Shown here: positions 10,024-20,289 of the stretch, piece after piece
How positions within the stretch are numbered: the first letter of the stretch is position 1
How the letters are laid out: each line of letters opens with the position of its first letter
Source: a virus
Taxonomy: Duplodnaviria > Caudoviricetes
Strand: one strand, 5' to 3'
Length of the DNA: 64,000 nt
Virus record (IMG/VR): IMGVR_UViG_3300014208_000039
Location: 1 to 64,000 of that record
The notes under the pieces: generated by a model
The model's input: only the letters and a program-made list of their open reading frames with translations
Told to the model about the DNA's origin: nothing
The model's database searches: none
Made by a program: the position numbers and the translations under genes

Positions 10024-13000
10024 AGATTTAAATAGTAGTCAAAAAATATTAGTAAAAGTTGATCAAAATAACTTAGTTTACATTGATCCTAATAGTGTTA
10101 TATCCGATGGACTTATTGAACCAAGAAACATTGACCAAGAAAAACTTGTGATGTATGTTAATTTGGAAGCAGATTTAGTGCCAAGGAGCTACTTACTTTC
10201 CGATACTGATCAAACAAGATTTGTATCTATTGTAAATAAGACATTTAATTTATTAACACCACAAACGGGAAGTGACTTAAATACTGATTGGACTGAATCA
10301 TATACACCTGAACCAAAAGAAAATTCAAACAAAGAACAAGTAATGTTTTTTGATAAATCCGATTTTAGTGATTCATCGGGTCAAGCGTTTGGTATTGATA
10401 GTATTAACATAACAATTAAAGGAGCTAATTTCATTCCACAGATTAATATCAATTTTATTGACGTTCGTGGTAAAACTTTATTTGAACAACCAACTAATTC
10501 ACCATATAATACATTCTTTCATTTACCGTGGCCAATTTTTTATCTTACAATTAAAGGTTATTATGGAAAAGCAATAAGATATAGATTACATTTAGTTAAA
10601 TTCTCAAGCAAATATAATGAAAGTAATGGTAATTTTGAAATTGCAACATCTTTTGTTGGTTCCACCTATGCGTATCTGAACGATATTCCTTGGGGAGGTA
10701 TTATTAATGCCCCTTATCTATATAATAATGCAACAGATGAAACAAAAAGATTTAACGAAGAAAAGGGAAGTTACGAACAGGAAGTTAAAAAATCATCAAA
10801 AGGATATATGATGTTAAAGTCTGTTTATGCGGAAATGATACAAAAAGGTATTCTACCAAAAGGGTTTGAAACTATTACATTAAGGGAAGTTGAATATTTG
10901 GCAATGGAAATGGATAAGACCCTTGAAAAGACTATTTTCAATGAAGTTCTTGATCCGAAAGCGTTGGCTAAGATTGAAGAATACAACAAAGCAGTTTCCG
11001 TTTTTTCAAGTCAAGTAAAAGGATGGGTGACTGAAAATTTAGCGTTATTTTATGACACTTATAATGAAATTAGATATTTCTATTTCAATCAAACTAAAAA
11101 CGCCTTAACGGATATTAAATTAAAGGGTTCAAATACACCTGGAACATTGGATTATATAATTACCACGAATAATAACATAATAAAAAAAATTGCAAAGGGT
11201 ATTAATGGTTTAACAATTAATAATTTAAATGATAATAGTAAAAAAAGAATTAAACCAAATTTTATTCTTAAAACCTTAAAAGATTCTTCGGAATATTATT
11301 CTCAACAACAAAACACCGATAAAGGTGGACAACTTCAATATGGGGTAAAAGTAGATGTTCTGTTTGCTGATATGGGTGATGTTCAAAACTTATTCTATGA
11401 AGAATCAAGTAGGATAATGAAAGAACTTGAAAAACAGATAAATGTTATTGTCCGTGATAAAAAATTGGGATTAGGGTTTGACCCAACTATAAAAAATTTG
11501 TTTGCAATCATAATGGCAAACGCTGAAGTTTATATCAGGTTATTAAAGGACGTACATGTTAGGGCATTTGATGCCGCAAATCAAAGAAAAGATTTATTAC
11601 AACCATTTGACAAAGAATCAAAAGGTGGTTCAATTTACCCATGGCCTGAAGTTAAAAAGGAAATTCCTGGCAGTAGAACACAAATTATAGCATATCCAGG
11701 TGATTTTCAGCTTAGAAAAAAGATTAAATCGGATAATAAACTTCTTTGGCCTGAAGTCGATTTCATCGAACAATATATTAAATTCGTAACAAAAGTAACA
11801 GGTGTTGATAAAGTAGATTATTTCTTCTCTAAAAGTGATGAAGATAAAAAATTGAAAAAAATATGTACTGTTTTTGATACACTAAGTATTACACCATATG
11901 GTAACAGAGTACTATCATCATTTTTATATGAAATTTTTGAAAGAGCAAAACAAATTACGTTAGTTGATTCGTTTAATTCTGAGGCTATCCAAGAGCTAGC
12001 TAAAGTTGAATTTGAAAATTTACAAATGACATTAGAAAATGATGTTGATGTTGTTGACGTGTTAAAAAATAAGGTGAGGTCTATCAATGATTTAATCGAT
12101 TTAATGTCTAGATTTTCACCATTTGAAAGATATCCATATTACAAAGATAGTATTCCTACTACGGAATATATTAGTGATAGTTTAGAAGCACCGTTCGATA
12201 TTACTAAATACGATGGTACATTAAATAAAATTGATATAGGTAGTTATCCAAAACTTGATAATAATATAAAAAATTATGAATTAGAAAGTTATAGGAAAAA
12301 TTTATACCCATTTTCATCTGACACCTATCTAGGATACATTAAATCGACAAACTATACTTTAAATAATTTTGATTATAGTAAAACCTTTACCCTTGAAACC
12401 GATCTTGGATTTATTACTTCACCCGTTGATGCAAATATGTGGGTAAAAGATAATTACAAATCAAATATTTTTAGACAAAAATTAAAAGTAGGAAACAACT
12501 ACACCAACATAATGAATACACCGTATTTCCATAAACAACTTTATTATGATTTTTCATATAAACCTGTTTTTGGAAGATATGCGGGTTCGTCATACTTGTT
12601 ATTAAATTCATTACCGTTTAAAGATTTGGAAGATTCAATTAATAATTCAAAATTAAGAATGGCATCAATGTTTAAAGAAATTGGTGCGACTCATTTTGTT
12701 CCTTATTTTTTAATTCTTAAATGGGGTTCGATGTATCATAGGTATAAAACGTACCTAACTGATAATATTGATATTTTACATGGAGATGATAATGGAGATG
12801 ACTATGGTTGCTTATCATTATCAGGAGTAACCTTACCTATTAGTGGAAAAACTTTCTTTGATGATGGTAATGATTGGTTCATTACACTTACAGGAAACAC
12901 CCAAGGTGATATAATTGTGAGTTATGATGGAAAGAACACTGGGTTACACCCATTTTATGATTCGATTTATCATAATATAATTAATGGTTATTTACATTTC

Positions 13001-15829
13001 AATATTGCGGAGCTACCTGAAGAATCTTTCGAAACAAATGTGGGGTTAAAAAAGATTAACTGTTATAATTCTGTAGTGAACAACCTTAATCAATGGACAT
13101 CTTATGTTGACAATTCATTATATGAATATACTGAAACTGACCCATTAAGAACTAAAAAAGGACACTATACAATTATGCCGTCTTATGGATTCAACCAACC
13201 TGATACTAAAATAACCCAAGAATTATTAGATTCTTATGGTATGAGGACCAGGGAAGAATATTTGAATTTTATTCGAACAAATCCTAAAAGTTTTGATGAT
13301 GAATTTCAAAATTCGTTTAGGGTTGTTCTGGAATCAGAAGAAATTGTTAATGTGTTTAGTGGTAAAACGTTTGCTGGTTTCAATGAATACGTAAAAAGTA
13401 TTAATAACGAATATTCAATTGATTCAAATAATAAAAAGGTGTTTGATTTAATCGGTACATTCAGTCCAGCAATTCTTGATCAATTTGAAGAAATTTTCTT
13501 ATATTTTGCGTCTGAAGAACTTAACGTACAAGTACCACAATATAGATTTGAAAATTTACCATACAATACGTTCCAAAGTGTATTGAAAGATATTGTAACT
13601 TTGGATTATTTTACATGGACAGATGTAAACGATTTACGTAAAAAATTATATGAAAATCAAAACACTAAATTAGGAAAGATTACTAATAAGATAGTAAATA
13701 ACAATAATTTACTGAAACTTACAATGGGTAATCCAAAAGAAATAAATTCATATTATATTGAAGGGTTTGCAAAAATTGCTCCTCAATCAACTTTAACTTT
13801 TAATCCTTATGATTCAAGTCAATTTACACAAAACGGATACTTGTTAGACCTTTATTTAGGTGAGTTTCCTGACAACGGAAATTTATATAAAGATTTTTTT
13901 GTTAATATGGATATTGAATTAAATGAAACGAATATATTAAATTTAAGGCCTTTAATTCTTATTTATGCTGGATATTGTAAAGGAAAAGTAAATCCCGTTT
14001 TATATACCGAATTTAAAGATTATATATCAACCAATATGTATGAAGGTGTTGGAAATAGTGTAATACCTAATGGTGCAAACCGTAGATTGAATTTATTTTT
14101 GGTTTCATTAATTGGTGAATTTACTAAACTTAGTTACACAAAAGATTCTGAAACAAACATAGAATTTTACGGTGGGTTTAATGATGACGGTTTAAAAATT
14201 GAATTATATAATTTCTTTAAATCATATAACGATAAATGGGCATCAGGAAATTCAATTGGACAACATTTATTAATGGAGGACTTTTTGTTCCTTGATAAAG
14301 CAAATAGGGATATTGGAAACAGAGGTTATATTAATTTGAATAGGTTCATTGATTTGATGGATACAAAAAATTTAAACACAAGTTTATATGGCGCTATTTC
14401 AATTTTACTACAAGGTAGTGGATTTGACATGAGGGCTTTACCAGCTTATGTGAATTTTTACGGTAAATCATTATCTACTAAAAGTAAAATATTACCTTCA
14501 GGTACAGTTGCTGAAAATTTATTTGGGACGTTCTTAGATGTAGATTATGAGGATTCATCACCTAAGATGGTTATTCAATATGTTGAAGGCCCTTTGTCTA
14601 AACATCCGGATATCACTAATAACAAATACAATAAATTTAATGATGATAGTTTTGATATGTCGGACAACAATAATAATCCGATTATCATTACAGACCCAAA
14701 CGCTTTTACTGTACAAAATTTATTAAAATCAAACAGAGCCGTTGCCTTTGAAGTAAGTTTTGGTGATCAAAACCAAGGAATTTTCAAAGGGGTAACATTA
14801 GATCAAAACACATTAAGAAACACCACCGAATCTTTTAGTGTTTTAGAAAATTTAGCCAGGTCAGAATCGGGAGCTGGTATCAGTAGCGTAGACACATCAT
14901 TATTCGATTATTATAGACAAGCATCATATTCTTGTGAAGTTTCTGCTATGGGTAACATGATGATTCAGCCGACAATGTTCTTTTATTTAAAAAATATTCC
15001 AATGTTTAAAGGTTCATTTTGGATAACAGAAGTATCTCACTCAATTAAAAATAATACCATTAATACTACGTTTAAAGGAACTAGAATCCCAAGAGCGGTT
15101 CTACCTGACCCAATGGATACATTTGTTGCTAGTTTTAGACCGATTATGGATAGAATTATTCAGAAGGCGTTGAATACTACAAAAAAAGATGTTATATCAT
15201 CTACGACCACTACAACGGAAAGAGGTATTGTTACGTCAGGTGGAAATCAATATTCAACAGATATGGGTATAATTTCAATACCCGGTGAAATATTACTTGA
15301 AACGCAAGCTGGAATTACATCATTTGGGTTACCTTATAATGGATGGGGTGGTGAAAAATATATTCAAAAGGTTAAATATAAAAATAATGATTGGTACAGA
15401 GCTGTTGTATGTAAAATGGTAAGTACAAATGAAAAAGGAGTTAATACAATAACTGATACGACTGATATGGTACTTTTAAGTGAAAATGATAACATTTCAG
15501 CAATGCCAGATAGAGTTAAATGGGAAGAATTAAAAAAATTAGGAAAAGATTATCATTTCTATACATCTAAATTTAGGCTAATAAGCGGTAGTAAAACAGC
15601 CACGTCGATATGTAGTTTAACAACCACATTTATGAATCCTAAAAATAATGATTTATCGATTGATGTTGTTCCAAGTTATCAATTAGATAGAAGAACAAAC
15701 CCATTAGAATCAACGGGGGCTGTAAGTATTGGACCTTTGGTTTCGGGTTATGGTGTAGCAATGTCTGAGAAATTAATGTATGATTTGGGAATACATGAAG
15801 GTGAAGTTGTTTATTTCAATTTTAAGTGA
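10013..15829 (+). CDS. Baseplate hub protein (gp27/VgrG-like), large multi-domain
   Basis: N-terminal FGIDSINI..IPQININFIDVRGKTLFE..FFHLPWPIFYLTIKGYYGKA; near the C-terminus YSCEVSAMGNMMIQPTMFFYLKNIPMFKGSFWITEVSHSI (late-control D / hub signature). Confidence 0.6.
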   Translation: MVSKDLNSSQKILVKVDQNNLVYIDPNSVISDGLIEPRNIDQEKLVMYVNLEADLVPRSYLLSDTDQTRFVSIVNKTFNLLTPQTGSDLNTDWTESYTPEPKENSNKEQVMFFDKSDFSDSSGQAFGIDSINITIKGANFIPQININFIDVRGKTLFEQPTNSPYNTFFHLPWPIFYLTIKGYYGKAIRYRLHLVKFSSKYNESNGNFEIATSFVGSTYAYLNDIPWGGIINAPYLYNNATDETKRFNEEKGSYEQEVKKSSKGYMMLKSVYAEMIQKGILPKGFETITLREVEYLAMEMDKTLEKTIFNEVLDPKALAKIEEYNKAVSVFSSQVKGWVTENLALFYDTYNEIRYFYFNQTKNALTDIKLKGSNTPGTLDYIITTNNNIIKKIAKGINGLTINNLNDNSKKRIKPNFILKTLKDSSEYYSQQQNTDKGGQLQYGVKVDVLFADMGDVQNLFYEESSRIMKELEKQINVIVRDKKLGLGFDPTIKNLFAIIMANAEVYIRLLKDVHVRAFDAANQRKDLLQPFDKESKGGSIYPWPEVKKEIPGSRTQIIAYPGDFQLRKKIKSDNKLLWPEVDFIEQYIKFVTKVTGVDKVDYFFSKSDEDKKLKKICTVFDTLSITPYGNRVLSSFLYEIFERAKQITLVDSFNSEAIQELAKVEFENLQMTLENDVDVVDVLKNKVRSINDLIDLMSRFSPFERYPYYKDSIPTTEYISDSLEAPFDITKYDGTLNKIDIGSYPKLDNNIKNYELESYRKNLYPFSSDTYLGYIKSTNYTLNNFDYSKTFTLETDLGFITSPVDANMWVKDNYKSNIFRQKLKVGNNYTNIMNTPYFHKQLYYDFSYKPVFGRYAGSSYLLLNSLPFKDLEDSINNSKLRMASMFKEIGATHFVPYFLILKWGSMYHRYKTYLTDNIDILHGDDNGDDYGCLSLSGVTLPISGKTFFDDGNDWFITLTGNTQGDIIVSYDGKNTGLHPFYDSIYHNIINGYLHFNIAELPEESFETNVGLKKINCYNSVVNNLNQWTSYVDNSLYEYTETDPLRTKKGHYTIMPSYGFNQPDTKITQELLDSYGMRTREEYLNFIRTNPKSFDDEFQNSFRVVLESEEIVNVFSGKTFAGFNEYVKSINNEYSIDSNNKKVFDLIGTFSPAILDQFEEIFLYFASEELNVQVPQYRFENLPYNTFQSVLKDIVTLDYFTWTDVNDLRKKLYENQNTKLGKITNKIVNNNNLLKLTMGNPKEINSYYIEGFAKIAPQSTLTFNPYDSSQFTQNGYLLDLYLGEFPDNGNLYKDFFVNMDIELNETNILNLRPLILIYAGYCKGKVNPVLYTEFKDYISTNMYEGVGNSVIPNGANRRLNLFLVSLIGEFTKLSYTKDSETNIEFYGGFNDDGLKIELYNFFKSYNDKWASGNSIGQHLLMEDFLFLDKANRDIGNRGYINLNRFIDLMDTKNLNTSLYGAISILLQGSGFDMRALPAYVNFYGKSLSTKSKILPSGTVAENLFGTFLDVDYEDSSPKMVIQYVEGPLSKHPDITNNKYNKFNDDSFDMSDNNNNPIIITDPNAFTVQNLLKSNRAVAFEVSFGDQNQGIFKGVTLDQNTLRNTTESFSVLENLARSESGAGISSVDTSLFDYYRQASYSCEVSAMGNMMIQPTMFFYLKNIPMFKGSFWITEVSHSIKNNTINTTFKGTRIPRAVLPDPMDTFVASFRPIMDRIIQKALNTTKKDVISSTTTTTERGIVTSGGNQYSTDMGIISIPGEILLETQAGITSFGLPYNGWGGEKYIQKVKYKNNDWYRAVVCKMVSTNEKGVNTITDTTDMVLLSENDNISAMPDRVKWEELKKLGKDYHFYTSKFRLISGSKTATSICSLTTTFMNPKNNDLSIDVVPSYQLDRRTNPLESTGAVSIGPLVSGYGVAMSEKLMYDLGIHEGEVVYFNFK

Positions 15830-15853
15830 TATTTATATAAAAATAAAACTGTT

Positions 15854-16057
15854 ATGAATGATATTAAATTAAAAAAAGGTTTGGACAACTATTTAAAACC
15901 AACGATAACAAAATCTGTTTCAGAAGATGGAATGGAATCTGAACAATGTGATTTAGAAACTGGCGAATGTTATACTATTCGTTCAGTAGATGGAATAGTA
16001 GAAAGAATAAATAAAAGATACATTACCGATGATGGTAGACAATTATTACAAGATTAA
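15854..16057 (+). CDS. Small hypothetical protein
   Basis: 67-aa ORF preceded by TATTTATA (15830); CDLETGEC motif. Confidence 0.65.
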   Translation: MNDIKLKKGLDNYLKPTITKSVSEDGMESEQCDLETGECYTIRSVDGIVERINKRYITDDGRQLLQD

Positions 16058-16059
16058 TT

Positions 16060-16731
16060 ATGTCAGAACTAGAAAAACAATTACAGGAAGAATTAAAGCG
16101 TTATAAACAAATTAATAGATACGCTAAGACATTGATAATGGAACAAGATGTTCCTGAAGACCCAAATGTGGCCGGTGCCGTTCCTCCAGCTGGAGATGTA
16201 CCTCCACCACCATCTGAAGCCAGCGCTGAGCCCGCTTTGGATGTACCGACACCTCCCGAAGATGTGACAACTCCATCAACAAATGATGTTTCAGGTGAAG
16301 AAGATTCAACTGAAGAAATCGATATTACCGATTTAGTTAATATGACTAAGAGTATTAAAAAAGACATAGAAAACAAACAATCAGATAATATTAACGTGGT
16401 GGCTAAGATGGACGATATTTTTACTAAATTAGATGACCTCGAATCAAAATTATCTGATATGGATTCAATTATTGATAGGATTGACCAACTTGGAAAAAAA
16501 GTTGAACTAATGAAAGAACCAACGCCAGTTGAAAAACTTGAAATGAGATCGCTCGACTCATATCCATTCAATAAAAATCCTGAACAATTTTTTCAAGAAA
16601 AAAGAGGGGAAATGGAAAGAAGTGGTAAAAATACTTACGAATTGAAGCCAAATGAAATAACAAATTATTCAAAGGATTTAATTAAACAAAGTTTTAATCC
16701 CGATGCTGATAAAAATGGAATGACTTACTAA
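16060..16731 (+). CDS. Hypothetical acidic coiled-coil protein (possible head-internal or scaffold-type)
   Basis: N-terminal LQEELKRYKQI motif, Pro/Asp/Glu-rich linker, heptad region LDDLESKLSDMDSIIDRIDQLGKKVE. Confidence 0.6.
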   Translation: MSELEKQLQEELKRYKQINRYAKTLIMEQDVPEDPNVAGAVPPAGDVPPPPSEASAEPALDVPTPPEDVTTPSTNDVSGEEDSTEEIDITDLVNMTKSIKKDIENKQSDNINVVAKMDDIFTKLDDLESKLSDMDSIIDRIDQLGKKVELMKEPTPVEKLEMRSLDSYPFNKNPEQFFQEKRGEMERSGKNTYELKPNEITNYSKDLIKQSFNPDADKNGMTY

Positions 16732-16761
16732 AGTTTAACATAAATATTTTAAAAATAATAT

Positions 16762-16790
16762 AAGCCGGACTTTTTATTTCGGCTTTTTTT
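16762..16790 (+). terminator. Rho-independent terminator ending the tail/hub operon
   Basis: Stem AAGCCGGA / TTCGGCTT followed by a T run. Confidence 0.75.
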
Positions 16791-16830
16791 ATGTATATTT
16801 TGAATATAAATAAATTTAAATTTTAGTTTT

Positions 16831-17694
16831 ATGAGTACACATTTATCAGTACTAGAACAGTACGAAAAGTCAAAACAGGCTACAAGTAGCAACAGTATTT
16901 CGCAAGAAGATCGACTAAAAAAGTATTTCACAACAGTTTTACCAAAAGGGGTTAGAAGTGCGGAAAAAAGAATCAGAATTTTACCAACAAAAGATGGATC
17001 ATCACCATTTATTGAAATTTATTTCCATGAAGTTCAAGTAGATGGAAAGTGGGTAAAATTATATGATCCAAAACAAGATGGTAATCCTTCACCTTTGAAT
17101 GATGTTTATGATGGACTTATGATGACAGGTATTGATGCTGATCGTGAGTTGGCTAGACAATACAGAGCACGTAAGTATTATATTGTAAAAGTTATCGATA
17201 GAGATAACGAAGCTGACGGAGTTAAATTTTGGAGATTCAAATACAGCTCGAAAGGAGATGGTATATTTGATAAAATTTACCCAATTTTCAAAAATAAAGG
17301 TGATATTACTGACATAGAAGAAGGACGTGACCTTATTGTCACATTAGGTTTAACTAAATCAAATAACGGAAAAGAATATACATCGGTAAGTTCTATTATT
17401 CCTGAAGATAAATCTAAACTTCACAATGATCCAGAAGTATTAAAGGAATGGGCTGAAAATGGATTGGTATGGTCTGATGTTTATGCTAAGAAACCATTTG
17501 AATATTTAGATATGGTAGCTAAGGGTGAAACTCCAAAGTGGAGTAATGAATCTAAAAAGTGGATTTCTGAATCAGACACACAATCTGATGAAACCATCGC
17601 ATCTAGTAAATCAGAATCGGCAGTAAAACAAAATATAATCGTTGATCCGCAAGCGGATGACGATGTTGCTGAAGATGACGATCTTCCCTTTTAA
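16831..17694 (+). CDS. Single-stranded DNA-binding protein (T4 gp32-like)
   Basis: IRILPTKDGSSPF, YYIVKVIDRDNEADGVKFWRF, DITDIEEGRDL, acidic tail ending DDDLPF. Confidence 0.85.
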   Translation: MSTHLSVLEQYEKSKQATSSNSISQEDRLKKYFTTVLPKGVRSAEKRIRILPTKDGSSPFIEIYFHEVQVDGKWVKLYDPKQDGNPSPLNDVYDGLMMTGIDADRELARQYRARKYYIVKVIDRDNEADGVKFWRFKYSSKGDGIFDKIYPIFKNKGDITDIEEGRDLIVTLGLTKSNNGKEYTSVSSIIPEDKSKLHNDPEVLKEWAENGLVWSDVYAKKPFEYLDMVAKGETPKWSNESKKWISESDTQSDETIASSKSESAVKQNIIVDPQADDDVAEDDDLPF

Positions 17695-17703
17695 AATGAT
17701 TAT

Positions 17704-17750
17704 AACGCATGGACAGACGCATAGTACTTTTGTCCATGCGTTTTATCTTT
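17704..17750 (+). terminator. Rho-independent terminator after ssb
   Basis: 12-bp stem AACGCATGGACA / TGTCCATGCGTT followed by a T-rich tract. Confidence 0.7.
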
Positions 17751-17795
17751 AAAAATTGTGGTTGTATAACCATTAAAAATTATTAAAAATAGAAA

Positions 17796-18785
17796 ATGGC
17801 AATAAAGAAAAAAGAGTTTGACTACAAAGCAAAGTATTCTACAAGTACAAAATATAAAGAAGAAAATTTTTATTATTGTGGTGAGGCGTTTTTAAATGCG
17901 TGTGGATTACCAGGTCCGATTATGGGTGGATTAAATATGTTTTTAGGACATAGTAATACGGCCAAAACAAATGCGCTAATTCTATCGGCGGTAGATGCAC
18001 AAAAGAAAGGACATTTACCTGTCTTTATTATAACTGAAAAGAAATGGAGTTGGAAACATGCCGTACAACTTGGATTACAAGCTACACAAGACGAAGACGG
18101 TGAGTGGGTAGGTGATTTCATCTTCAACGATGGATTTAAATACATTGAACAGGCGGCCGATTTCATTAATGAAATTTTATCTGAACAAGAAAAAGGTAAC
18201 ATTCCGAGAGATTTATTATTTTTATGGGACTCAGTCGGCTCTATTCCATGTAAGATGACTTATGACGGAAAAGGTGGAAAAATGGCAAATGCTAGCGTTC
18301 TTCAGGACACAATTGGGTTAGGAATTGCTGGACGTATTGCTGATTCAAAAAAAGAAGATTATCCATATTACAATACTTTATGTATAGTTAACCAACCTTG
18401 GGTAGATATGCCTGATAATCCATTTGGACAACCTGAAATTAAAGCAAAAGGTGGAACTTCGATTTGGTTAGCATCAGCGTTAGTTTTCTTGTTTGGTAAC
18501 CAAAAGAAAGCAGGTATCAATCATATTGATGCTGTTAAAGGTGGAAGAACAATTTCATATGCAATTAGAACTAAAATATCGGTTTTAAAGAATCATATTA
18601 ATGGATTAGCATTTAAGGACGGAAAAATCATTGCAGTTCATAATGGATTCATTGATGACACAAAAGAATCAATCGATAAATACAAGAAAGAATATTCAGA
18701 TTACTGGAATAAACTTATGGGTGGTGGAGATGGTGAAATTGTTTTAATCGAATCTCCTTCATCTGGATTTGAAGATTCTGAGTAA
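17796..18785 (+). CDS. uvsX: RecA/UvsX-like recombinase
   Basis: P-loop GHSNTAKT, IITEKK, Walker B FLWDSVGS, IVNQPW, KAKGG; sits next to ssb as in T4-like phages. Confidence 0.8.
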   Translation: MAIKKKEFDYKAKYSTSTKYKEENFYYCGEAFLNACGLPGPIMGGLNMFLGHSNTAKTNALILSAVDAQKKGHLPVFIITEKKWSWKHAVQLGLQATQDEDGEWVGDFIFNDGFKYIEQAADFINEILSEQEKGNIPRDLLFLWDSVGSIPCKMTYDGKGGKMANASVLQDTIGLGIAGRIADSKKEDYPYYNTLCIVNQPWVDMPDNPFGQPEIKAKGGTSIWLASALVFLFGNQKKAGINHIDAVKGGRTISYAIRTKISVLKNHINGLAFKDGKIIAVHNGFIDDTKESIDKYKKEYSDYWNKLMGGGDGEIVLIESPSSGFEDSE

Positions 18786-18826
18786 AATTATAGAAAGCAC
18801 GTTGTTTAACATAAAAATTTTGAAAA

Positions 18827-19846
18827 ATGGTTTTATTAGTAGATGGTGATAACTTACTCACTATCGGATTTTATGGAGTAAAAAACGCTTTTCATAAAGG
18901 GGTTCATATAGGTGGAATTTATCATTTCCTTAATACTTTAAGGAAAACGTTTGAAACCTATCACTTGGATAAGATTGTTGTTTTTTGGGACGGAAATGAT
19001 GGTTCTCGACAAAGGAAACTAATTTATGAACGTTACAAACAAGACAGAGGTGATCATAATCGTTCTGAAGAAGAACAAAACAATTTTGATTACCAAAGAT
19101 ATCGAATAAAACAATATTTGGAAGAAGTTTATGTTAGACAAGGTGAATATGAATTTTGTGAATCGGACGACTGTATATCTTACTATGTTCAGAACTCCCC
19201 CAACGAAAAGAAAATAATTTTCTCGTCCGATGGTGATTTAACACAACTTATATCCCCTAACACACAACTTTATCATCCGATGCATCACGTATTGTACTCT
19301 GAAGGTGACACTATCTTATATAAGAAAGAAGAAATGCTTGTAGATAATGTAAGGATAGCAAAAGTATTTTGCGGTGATCCTTCAGATAGTATTGCAGGCA
19401 TCAGCGGACTTGGTATTAAACGGTTATTAGCATTATTTCCTGAACTTAAAACAAGGAAGATGAATATAAATGAGATTATGGAACAAAGTAATGTCATTTT
19501 TGAAAGAGATAAACGTAATAATACAATAAATAACATTTTATCGGGTGTGACAAAATATGGTACTTTTGGTGACGAATTTTTGGAATTGAACGAAAAAATA
19601 GTTATATTAGATCATCCACTACTTACGGATGAAGCTAAAGACGAAATTGAATTATTAATCAACGACACCTTATCAACAGAAGGTAGATCATACAAAAACT
19701 GTATGAAAATGATGATGGAAGACGGTATATTTAACTTACTACCAAAATCAGATAGTGCGTGGATTAACTTTCTAAATCCGTTTTTAAGATTAACAAGAAA
19801 AGAAAAAAATAAAAAAACAATTATAAATATTAGAAATTATGAATAA
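18827..19846 (+). CDS. 5'-3' exonuclease / flap endonuclease (T4 RNase H, PolI N-terminal domain family)
   Basis: LLVDGDNL, VFWDG, CESDDCI, SSDGDLTQL and helix-hairpin GDPSDSIAGISGLGIK. Confidence 0.9.
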   Translation: MVLLVDGDNLLTIGFYGVKNAFHKGVHIGGIYHFLNTLRKTFETYHLDKIVVFWDGNDGSRQRKLIYERYKQDRGDHNRSEEEQNNFDYQRYRIKQYLEEVYVRQGEYEFCESDDCISYYVQNSPNEKKIIFSSDGDLTQLISPNTQLYHPMHHVLYSEGDTILYKKEEMLVDNVRIAKVFCGDPSDSIAGISGLGIKRLLALFPELKTRKMNINEIMEQSNVIFERDKRNNTINNILSGVTKYGTFGDEFLELNEKIVILDHPLLTDEAKDEIELLINDTLSTEGRSYKNCMKMMMEDGIFNLLPKSDSAWINFLNPFLRLTRKEKNKKTIINIRNYE

Positions 19847-20288
19847 TCAAGAATCAACTAAATTTGAATTTTTGTTAACTATGGATGGTAATATTGTAGT
19901 ACAAAGATTTTTCTTTGTAAAAGATTATAATCCGAATGTTAAAAAATCGTTAGATTTACATGAATGTGTATCGAATATTTGTATAGATATCGAAGACGAT
20001 CTAAGAAAAAAAACATTTGAATATCTTACCGAAAATCAAAACTTTTTATCATTTACAGATGGCGTGGAAGAAGAACGAGACACATCAACAGAACAATTTT
20101 TAATTGAAATTAAGCAAAATAACGATGTATTTATCCAGAGATCGTTTCCTGCTTATGTATATCATCCAAAAGTTAGGTATACTGTTGATATAAGGCCAAA
20201 AATTAAGGTAATATTATCATCATTAACCGACACTTTGTCACTTACTGAGCTTCAAACGTCATATTTACAATATGATTTAACAAAATAA
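19839..20288 (+). CDS. Hypothetical protein in the replication block
   Basis: 149-aa ORF tightly coupled to both neighbours; no motif recognised. Confidence 0.6.
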   Translation: MNNQESTKFEFLLTMDGNIVVQRFFFVKDYNPNVKKSLDLHECVSNICIDIEDDLRKKTFEYLTENQNFLSFTDGVEEERDTSTEQFLIEIKQNNDVFIQRSFPAYVYHPKVRYTVDIRPKIKVILSSLTDTLSLTELQTSYLQYDLTK

Positions 20289-20289
20289 T

